Below, piece after piece: positions 57,374 through 64,000 of a DNA stretch of 64,000 nt. The translations under genes and the position numbers were made by a program. The notes below the pieces were generated by a model. It searched no databases. It had not been told where the DNA came from and saw nothing but the letters and a program-made list of their open reading frames with translations. Source of the DNA: an uncultured Bacteroidota bacterium. GTDB taxonomy: Bacteria; Bacteroidota; Bacteroidia; Chitinophagales; Saprospiraceae. Each line of letters begins with the position of its first letter. Within the stretch, counting starts at the first letter, position 1. Where the stretch lies: positions 32,560 to 96,559 of the forward strand of contig CALMSX010000064.1 in assembly GCA_937872515.1 (NCBI GenBank), in the 5' to 3' direction.

Positions 57374-58393
57374 ATGATTAAAGTTGTCAGTCCCTCCAAC
57401 ATAGCCATTGTTAAATATTGGGGAAAGCATGGCAGGCAATTGCCGAGAAATGCATCCGTCTCATTTACATTGTCTAATGCTGTTTCTGAAACCACCATGA
57501 TGTTTAGCCCAAAAGCTGGTCCAAAAAGGAACATTCATTTTAACCTTGATGGAATTGAAAAGATATCTTTTGCAGAAAAAATTGACCGTTATTTTGATAG
57601 CATAGCCGACTACATGCCTTTTTTGGCAGATTACGATTTTCATTTTGAAAGCCATAATACCTTCCCCCATTCTTCCGGCATTGCATCATCGGCATCTGGT
57701 ATGTCGGCTGTTGCCATGGCCTTGTGTGAAATGCAGCGAAGGCTCGAAAACAAAGAAGAATTAGACCTGCAAAGAGTTTCCCTTCTTTCCAGATTGGGAA
57801 GTGGCAGTGCTTGCCGGTCCGTATTTCCCGACATGGCTGTGTGGGGTAAACACCAGGACTGGGAAGGAAGCAGCGATGAATACGCCATCTGTATATCCCA
57901 TCACCTCCATGATGTATTTAAAGATTATCACGATGACATCCTGATTGTGAGTGATAGGGAAAAATCGGTTTCCTCCACAGCGGGTCACGGGCTCATGGAG
58001 TCAAACCCTTATGCCCCTACCCGTTATGCCCAGGCAAATGATAACATGAAGCGACTTAAGTCAATTCTTGCTTCCGGAGATGTGGAGGCTTTTGGACAGC
58101 TGGCAGAAAGAGAGGCCCTTACCCTGCATGCCTTAATGATGAGTAGTGATCCTTCATTTTTGTTGATCCAACCGGCTACTGTAGTGGTGATCCAAAAGTT
58201 GAGGGAATACAGACAGGAAACGGGGCTGCCGCTTTATTTTACCCTTGATGCAGGCCCTAATGTTCATTTGTTATATCCTGATGCTGTGGCAGAAAAAGCT
58301 TCCGCATTTATCATCAGTGAACTGATGCCCCTGGTAGAAAATGGCCGATTGTTACCGGATCAGGTAGGCAAAGGCGCTGTCATCGTATCTTAG
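57374..58393 (+). CDS. mvaD: Diphosphomevalonate decarboxylase (mevalonate pathway)
   Basis: NIAIVKYWGK motif and GHMP-kinase-fold ATP motif HSSGIASSASG, plus the TLDAGPN motif. Confidence 0.9.
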   Translation: MIKVVSPSNIAIVKYWGKHGRQLPRNASVSFTLSNAVSETTMMFSPKAGPKRNIHFNLDGIEKISFAEKIDRYFDSIADYMPFLADYDFHFESHNTFPHSSGIASSASGMSAVAMALCEMQRRLENKEELDLQRVSLLSRLGSGSACRSVFPDMAVWGKHQDWEGSSDEYAICISHHLHDVFKDYHDDILIVSDREKSVSSTAGHGLMESNPYAPTRYAQANDNMKRLKSILASGDVEAFGQLAEREALTLHALMMSSDPSFLLIQPATVVVIQKLREYRQETGLPLYFTLDAGPNVHLLYPDAVAEKASAFIISELMPLVENGRLLPDQVGKGAVIVS

Positions 58394-58475
58394 GTAGGAG
58401 GATTTTAATTGTTGAAGGCTGGTTTTAAAGGAAAAAATCCAATTTTGGCATCAAAGTTGGACACATCACCTTTAA

Positions 58476-59702
58476 ATGCAGCGCATGGCCAGGCAGGTAG
58501 CGGTTTTACTTCTATTATTTTCATATCACCAACTGTGGTCTCAACATCTGCAGGATGTTATGTACCACCTCATTGGCCTGAATCCCAATGACACGGTCAA
58601 TTTTCCGGATGAGAAACAAAGAGCCATCATCACGGATTTCTGGTCATGTGTCAAGGAACTGGATAAGATGGACCAGCGCCAGCGAAGGTTGAACGGAAGA
58701 GCCGGCTTTGGCTTTAGCGGAGACCAGGCAGCATCACAATCACTTTATAAAATAGATGGAGGCATCAATGGCTCCAGGGGCATCTATCCGGGTGAATTGA
58801 CCTTTACTTCTAATATCGGTATGGTGCTCAACAATGGTAAGTTCAGTGAAAATGTAAGTAATATATATATGGCTTACAATTATCACCCCCAGTGGGGAGA
58901 TAGTCTGAGTACCGAAAATTTCATCTTTCTCAAAAGATTTTCAGATGCTTTTTTGGGAGTGGAGCAACGATATGAAATGGGGGGAGGTATCATCCTGGCC
59001 AAATACAGTGGAAAGTTAACAAAAAGGGGGCTTGACCTTAAAAGTAAAATCAACAAGGTTGAATTTTCTGCAGAAAACTTTGATCCTGAAGAAGGGATAT
59101 GGAACTTATGTTCTCAATATTGTGCCAGATACAATACTGATTTTGTAACCCAGGGCGATGTTAAAACCCTTGAGCGCGTGCAAAAACATGGTAATCTCAG
59201 CCTCAAAAAGTTGTTTTCCAGCTTTAGAATTGGCATCCTCTTTGGAATTTTTCTGGAAACTGAAAAAATCAATACCACAGGTACCATAGAAACCAAAGCC
59301 GGTGTCTTGCCCTACAGTTTTTCATTTGAACCTACCCAAAAAGTTCGGTGGGAATTGAGGCCGACATTTGACCTGAAGCCTAGCGACAATTGGTCATTCA
59401 GGCTTAGGCCTTATTTTAAAATGCCGATGCCATGGGAGTGGCAGAGTGTGGTATCATCCGGTGGAGTTCAGAATATCAGGGAAGATTATAGAATTGACCT
59501 GGAATCGTCAATAACCATTGGCTTGGATGATTACATTGACACCCAGAATAAAAATGTGGACTTCATATTGATGTACAATATGTTTTATGACAATGCTCCT
59601 GCCAGGTTGTATGTAGCAGATCCCCAAGATTCAACTCCGGTATTATTTTCAGCCCCTCGCAGGCATTCCCAGTTTAGTTTCAATTTTAGGGTAGAATTTT
59701 AA
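58476..59702 (+). CDS. Putative outer-membrane beta-barrel protein (unknown function)
   Basis: Signal peptide (VAVLLLLFSYHQLWSQ), alternating amphipathic strands and a terminal FNFRVEF with C-terminal Phe. Confidence 0.5.
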   Translation: MQRMARQVAVLLLLFSYHQLWSQHLQDVMYHLIGLNPNDTVNFPDEKQRAIITDFWSCVKELDKMDQRQRRLNGRAGFGFSGDQAASQSLYKIDGGINGSRGIYPGELTFTSNIGMVLNNGKFSENVSNIYMAYNYHPQWGDSLSTENFIFLKRFSDAFLGVEQRYEMGGGIILAKYSGKLTKRGLDLKSKINKVEFSAENFDPEEGIWNLCSQYCARYNTDFVTQGDVKTLERVQKHGNLSLKKLFSSFRIGILFGIFLETEKINTTGTIETKAGVLPYSFSFEPTQKVRWELRPTFDLKPSDNWSFRLRPYFKMPMPWEWQSVVSSGGVQNIREDYRIDLESSITIGLDDYIDTQNKNVDFILMYNMFYDNAPARLYVADPQDSTPVLFSAPRRHSQFSFNFRVEF

Positions 59703-59746
59703 AAATCTGAAGATATCAAACGCAAGGTATTGATTTTCAAAAACAT

Positions 59747-59754
59747 TATCTTTG
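59747..59754 (+). promoter_or_regulatory. -7 box TATCTTTG upstream of mnmG
   Basis: Lies 56 nt before TTG 59811. Confidence 0.4.
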
Positions 59755-59810
59755 CATCCCCGTTTAAATGACAGGTGAAAAAGAGGATTTTAAAATTAAA
59801 AAATTAGAGA

Positions 59811-61676
59811 TTGTTTCCAAAGTATGATGTTATAGTTGTGGGTGCCGGTCACGCTGGCTGTGAAGCTGCGGTAGCAGCAGCCAATATGGGATCGAGGGTA
59901 ATGTTGGTCACCATGAACATGCAAACCATTGCCCAGATGTCGTGTAATCCTGCTATGGGAGGTGTGGCCAAGGGCCAAATAGTAAGAGAGATAGACGCGC
60001 TTGGAGGTTATAGCGGAATTGTGACCGATTATTCGATGGTTCAATTCAGGATGCTCAACAAGAGCAAGGGCCCGGCTATGTGGAGTCCGCGTGCACAAAG
60101 CGATAGAATGCAATTTGCATCAAAATGGAGGAGCATGCTGGAAAGCCACCCCAACATCGATTTTTGGCAGGATATGGTGAAAGGCCTGATCGTAAAAGAT
60201 GGGGCATGCAAAGGCGTGGTAACAGGAATGGGCCTGGAGATTGAAGGCAGAGCAGTGGTATTGACCAATGGCACCTTTCTCAATGGTTTGATCCACATAG
60301 GTGAAAAGCAGCTTGGTGGAGGCAGGGCAGGAGAAAAGGCAGCGCACGGCATTACAGAGCAATTGGTTAGTCTGGGATTTGAATCAGGTCGAATGAAAAC
60401 AGGGACGCCCCCCAGAATAGATGGTAGATCTCTGGACTACAGTAAGATGGAAGTGCAGGATGGCGATGAAGAAATTGTGGGATTTTCCTATACCGATACC
60501 CCAAAACCCGATCGACAATTGCCTTGCCATATAACCTATACAAGCGAACAAGTACACAATATACTGAGAACTGGTTTCGATAAAAGTCCTATGTTTAGTG
60601 GCCGAATCCAGGGCCTGGGTCCGAGGTATTGTCCGAGTATTGAGGACAAAATTGAGCGATTTGCAGAAAGAGACAGGCACCAATTATTTGTTGAGCCTGA
60701 AGGATGGGACACCTGCGAGATCTATGTCAATGGATTTTCCTCTTCGCTGCCTGAGGATGTGCAGTACAAGGCATTAAAACTGGTGCCGGGATTTGAAAAT
60801 ATGAAGATGTTCAGGCCTGGCTATGCCATTGAGTACGATTACTTTCCCCCCACCCAATTGGATTTGAGTTTAGAGACGCGATTGGTAAAAAGACTATTTT
60901 TTGCCGGACAGATCAATGGGACTACCGGTTATGAAGAAGCGGCAAGCCAGGGTTTAGTGGCAGGAATTAATGCACATTTGGCTATCCATGAAAAGCAGCC
61001 ATTTATTTTAAAGCGGTCAGAAGCCTATATTGGTGTGTTGATTGATGACCTGGTGAATAAAGGTACCAAAGAACCCTATCGAATGTTTACTTCGAGGGCC
61101 GAATACAGAATTTTACTGCGGCAAGACAACGCGGATGTAAGGTTGACCCCATTGGCAGTGGATTTGGGCATGCACCATATGGAAGAGAGGATGGAAAGGG
61201 TAAGGGTCAAAAATGAAAATGTTAGGGAAATAGGAAAGTTTTTTGAAGAAACCAGCATTGCACCTGACCAGGTCAATGACTACTTGCTGTCCATTGATTC
61301 ATCCCCCCTTCAACAGAAAGTAAAACTTCAAACAGTTTTGTTGCGTCCTGGGGTAGACATTGAGACTTTGGCAAAAAGAATTGATTTTGTTGATCAGTTT
61401 GTAAATAAATATGATAAAGAAACCCTGCTATTAAGTGAGGTTGGAATGAAATATGAAGGCTATATAGAGAAAGAACAAGAGATGGTTCAAAAGATTGAAA
61501 GACTGGAGTCTGTCAAATTGAGTGATGATTTTGATTACCGTGCCTTGCAGGCTTTGTCTATGGAAGCAAGAGAAAAATTAAGTAATGTCAAACCCAAGAC
61601 CATTGGCCAGGCAAGCCGGATTAGTGGAGTATCGCCAAGTGACATTTCAATTTTGTTAATTCACGTCAGAAACTAA
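59811..61676 (+). CDS. mnmG: tRNA uridine 5-carboxymethylaminomethyl modification enzyme MnmG (GidA)
   Basis: YDVIVVGAGHAGCEAA FAD motif and GPRYCPSIEDK. The TTG start is forced: an in-frame TAG lies at 59805 and the next Met is after the FAD motif. Confidence 0.95.
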   Translation: MFPKYDVIVVGAGHAGCEAAVAAANMGSRVMLVTMNMQTIAQMSCNPAMGGVAKGQIVREIDALGGYSGIVTDYSMVQFRMLNKSKGPAMWSPRAQSDRMQFASKWRSMLESHPNIDFWQDMVKGLIVKDGACKGVVTGMGLEIEGRAVVLTNGTFLNGLIHIGEKQLGGGRAGEKAAHGITEQLVSLGFESGRMKTGTPPRIDGRSLDYSKMEVQDGDEEIVGFSYTDTPKPDRQLPCHITYTSEQVHNILRTGFDKSPMFSGRIQGLGPRYCPSIEDKIERFAERDRHQLFVEPEGWDTCEIYVNGFSSSLPEDVQYKALKLVPGFENMKMFRPGYAIEYDYFPPTQLDLSLETRLVKRLFFAGQINGTTGYEEAASQGLVAGINAHLAIHEKQPFILKRSEAYIGVLIDDLVNKGTKEPYRMFTSRAEYRILLRQDNADVRLTPLAVDLGMHHMEERMERVRVKNENVREIGKFFEETSIAPDQVNDYLLSIDSSPLQQKVKLQTVLLRPGVDIETLAKRIDFVDQFVNKYDKETLLLSEVGMKYEGYIEKEQEMVQKIERLESVKLSDDFDYRALQALSMEAREKLSNVKPKTIGQASRISGVSPSDISILLIHVRN

Positions 61677-61755
61677 CTGTCGGATCAACTGGTGGTAAAT
61701 AAGCTGCAAGCTGCTTGACCAGTGACTACTAGATAAAATAAAAGGGAAAAGAGAT

Positions 61756-62244
61756 TTAGTTTTTATCAGCCATAAGAGCTGTAGAGATAACATCTCTGGC
61801 TTCGATAAAACGGTTTTTGTAGTAACCCATAGAGAGGTTATCTATAGTAATACCTTTACTGGAAGCTGAGTGGATAAAATGCACCACCCCATTCTCATCA
61901 ATATGATGCACCAGTCCTGAGTGGCCTGGTCTTTTGGCACGTCTGTTGGCGCCTTTAAAAATGAGAATATCACCGGGTTTCACTTCGCTGATTTTTACTT
62001 CTTTGCCATCTGATATTTGAGATGATGAGCTTCTGGAAATGAAGATGTTGTTTTCAGACATCACGTGTCTGACAAAACCCGAACAATCGAATCCACTTTC
62101 TTTGGTACCTCCTGATCTGTAAGGCGACCCCAGCAATTTGGCTGCACTAATAACAACATTTTCCCTGAGTTCATTTTCAGTGAGAGGAATATTTCCGCAG
62201 AAGTAGGAAAAAAGGATGATAAAAAGTATTGCTACTTTTTTCAT
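61756..62244 (-). CDS. NlpC/P60 (C40) family peptidoglycan endopeptidase
   Basis: Catalytic Cys context GFDCSGFVRHV and His context PGHSGLVHH. Signal peptide MKKVAILFIILFSYF. Start moved to ATG 62244, downstream of the -7 box. Confidence 0.85.
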   Translation of the reverse strand: MKKVAILFIILFSYFCGNIPLTENELRENVVISAAKLLGSPYRSGGTKESGFDCSGFVRHVMSENNIFISRSSSSQISDGKEVKISEVKPGDILIFKGANRRAKRPGHSGLVHHIDENGVVHFIHSASSKGITIDNLSMGYYKNRFIEARDVISTALMADKN

Positions 62245-62270
62245 GGTTATTATTGAGATTGGTTGCGTTG

Positions 62271-62278
62271 CAAAATTA
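62271..62278 (-). promoter_or_regulatory. -7 box TAATTTTG upstream of the NlpC/P60 gene
   Basis: Plus strand reads CAAAATTA. It lies 26 nt from ATG 62244. Confidence 0.45.
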
Positions 62279-63057
62279 GTAAAAAGTACTAAAAAACCAA
62301 AGCCATGGTTCAATAATCTTTAAATTAATATCTTAACTGCTGTATGACAAATGAAAATACATTAAAATTAATAACCATATGAAGTCTCAATGTTTTTTAA
62401 AAAATTCGAATACATAGGTAAAAATAATAATTGACAAAATAAAATTTGGTTTGACGTTTTCTTTTCATTGGAGAGAAATGAATGTAAAATTGGCGACATT
62501 TTGACCCATAAAAATACATATTATTTTAACCGACAGAGCAATAGACAACGTATTTTATACGCACATATAATGATCTGATATAGCATATGATAAACATTAA
62601 ATTATTTTTTTATTTGTTGAACAATTGGAGAACAATAATATGACCATTAATATTTTAAACATGTTTATAAAATGTCATATATTTTATGTTATGTCAATGT
62701 GACACAAAGTCCTCATTGGCGCATGTGGTCAATAATGTACAATGTTAAATGCTGTGGAAAACTTATTGCAAAGAATTTTACAATACCAATGATTTTCGGA
62801 TGTAACTTGGTGGTGCGAATTTAGAATTGTCTAATTTCGCCAACAATGATGCAAAGTCTACCCGCAAGGTGGCTCTGCTTTCATTGCAAAAAACTGAAAC
62901 TTAAAGCACAATGAACCATCTTACACCGATTTTTGGTAATCGGGAGTTTGCTATGTTGCCATATGCACTAGCAAATGTCCCTGGACTTTCCGCAAAAAGT
63001 GGAAATCAAAAAGTTCAGCATTCAAATCAATTTCAACGTTGGCTAGGTAGAATAACC

Positions 63058-64000
63058 ATGTTTATTATGGTTGTTGGTCTTGGTATTCAAGGCAATGAAC
63101 TGAATGCACAGAATTGCAGTTGTCCGAGTAACCTTGTCCTGAACCCCAGTTTTGAGGGTAACGTCAACAATTGGAGTTCATCTCCGGCGGGAACGTTTAC
63201 ACATGGGTCGGGATTTGAGCAATGCGGATATTATAATGCATTTCTCAATGCTACCAATGCAACTGCTAACTTTTGGCAGCAAGTCAACGGTATCACAGCA
63301 GGCCAATCGCTGACCCTCACCTTCTATGCAGGTACCCACGTACCTACATATGATCATCAGGTACGGTTGCGATTTTACAATTCAGCCAATGCTGTGCTGC
63401 AAACCAATTCAAAACAAATTGACTTTGATGTTGACGGCCAGGGAGGGGCTCTTGAGTTTTATACCATTACCGCATCTGCACCTACCGGTACTTCATATGT
63501 AAGGGTAGAAGGGTATGCCAATGGTGACTACATTAAGATTGACCAGGTTTGTCTGACTACCAGTTGTTCAAATGTTACCAGTGGTGGTACCATCGGCAGC
63601 AACCAGTCGGCTTGTGCCAGTAGTTTTGATCCAGCTCCACTTACCAGCCTAACAGCTCCAAGTGGCGGATCAGGTGCTATTGAATATTTATGGTTAAAGA
63701 GTACTTCAACTTGTACACCACCAAATGGTACCAACAATAATCAGTGGCAGGAAATTCCAAATTCAAATAGCGCTACTTATGATCCTCCTTCAGTGACACA
63801 AACCACATGTTTCCTAAGGTGTAGCAGGAGGGTGGGTTGTACCAACTACGACGGAGAATCCAATATAGTTTCAATAACTTTAAGTCCGGCACCTTATCCG
63901 GAATTTGCGGGTACTACAACCATTTGTAATGGCAATAGCACAACATTAACTGCTACGGGCAAAAATGGTGTTGGTCCCTATACATTCTCATGGAGTAATG
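63058..64000 (+). CDS. 5' part of a large secreted adhesin-like protein (CBM4/9-like domain followed by Cys-containing repeats), truncated by the window edge
   Basis: The frame is open from the TAA at 62902 to base 64000, checked codon by codon. It is absent from the ORF track because there is no stop. Candidate starts are ATG 62911, 62953 and 63058, and 63058 gives the signal peptide MFIMVVGLGIQGNELNAQ. NLVLNPSFEGNVNNWSS is CBM4/9-like. Repeats of type GGTIGSNQSACASSFDPAPL...IEYLW...W..I.NS...TYDP...TTCF.RC follow. Confidence 0.65.
   Translation, partial: MFIMVVGLGIQGNELNAQNCSCPSNLVLNPSFEGNVNNWSSSPAGTFTHGSGFEQCGYYNAFLNATNATANFWQQVNGITAGQSLTLTFYAGTHVPTYDHQVRLRFYNSANAVLQTNSKQIDFDVDGQGGALEFYTITASAPTGTSYVRVEGYANGDYIKIDQVCLTTSCSNVTSGGTIGSNQSACASSFDPAPLTSLTAPSGGSGAIEYLWLKSTSTCTPPNGTNNNQWQEIPNSNSATYDPPSVTQTTCFLRCSRRVGCTNYDGESNIVSITLSPAPYPEFAGTTTICNGNSTTLTATGKNGVGPYTFSWSN

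Noticed and set aside
61688-61723. A two-tier hairpin (ACTGGT...ACCAGT with inner AAGC...GCTT) between the convergent mnmG and NlpC/P60 genes as a terminator
   Set aside because: The stems are short and interrupted, the apical loop is too small and there is no T-tract on either strand.
6045-62313. Extended or TTG start codons given by the ORF track (6045, 6191, 7622, 20819, 23503, 26060, 28336, 33502, 34029, 47672, 54002, 56970, 62313)
   Set aside because: Each lies inside or upstream of a perfect -7 box. Alternatively, it adds residues ahead of a clean signal peptide or a conserved N-terminal motif that begins at a downstream ATG or GTG.
1-64000. CRISPR arrays, IS elements or transposases, prophage genes, toxin-antitoxin pairs and known defence systems
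   Set aside because: Reading the translated ORFs and the spacers on both strands, I saw no repeat-spacer periodicity, no DDE or serine/tyrosine recombinase motifs, and no nuclease-ATPase gene pairs.

Overview
The window is a 64-kb stretch of chromosomal core genome from a Bacteroidota-type organism. The lineage call rests on type A and type B T9SS C-terminal sorting domains, a PorV/PorQ-like barrel, a ClpP with the Bacteroides-style N-terminal extension and a GH3-family gene. It also rests on the absence of Shine-Dalgarno sequences and on many TAnnTTTG -7 boxes just upstream of start codons. I cannot place it below phylum level.

I support about 51 protein genes and one tRNA-Leu(UAG).
- Housekeeping genes: hemA, hisS, gatA, icmF, tmk, prfC, ruvC, greA, tig-clpP-clpX, anmK, folK, mnmG and mevalonate diphosphate decarboxylase.
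- Regulators: AraC, Crp/Fnr, MarR and TetR families.
- Envelope genes: an MltD-like lytic transglycosylase, NlpC/P60, LptC-like and LolA-like proteins, and two GT4 glycosyltransferases.
- Several large secreted or outer-membrane proteins.

I saw no CRISPR array, transposase, integrase, prophage or recognisable defence genes.

The best candidate for an undescribed system is a co-directional outer-membrane trio at 35130-44010. It consists of a TonB-dependent-receptor-like barrel, a 1371-aa orphan protein with a T9SS-like C-terminal domain, and a PorV/PorQ-family barrel.

Secondary leads:
- a promoter, terminator and hairpin array in the greA leader
- a membrane-tethered AraC regulator with a CBM9-like ectodomain
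- two unannotated small ORFs, each with a correctly spaced promoter box
- a GT4 plus radical-SAM/SPASM gene pair
- a Nudix-IcmF-Crp operon
- a long AT-rich leader in front of an adhesin gene that the ORF track misses because it runs off the right edge

Many start codons in the ORF track, often TTG, appear to be artefacts lying inside or upstream of the -7 box, and I give revised starts for them. All calls come from reading the sequence and motifs by eye, with no database search. Hand-counted coordinates of small features may be off by 1-2 nt.
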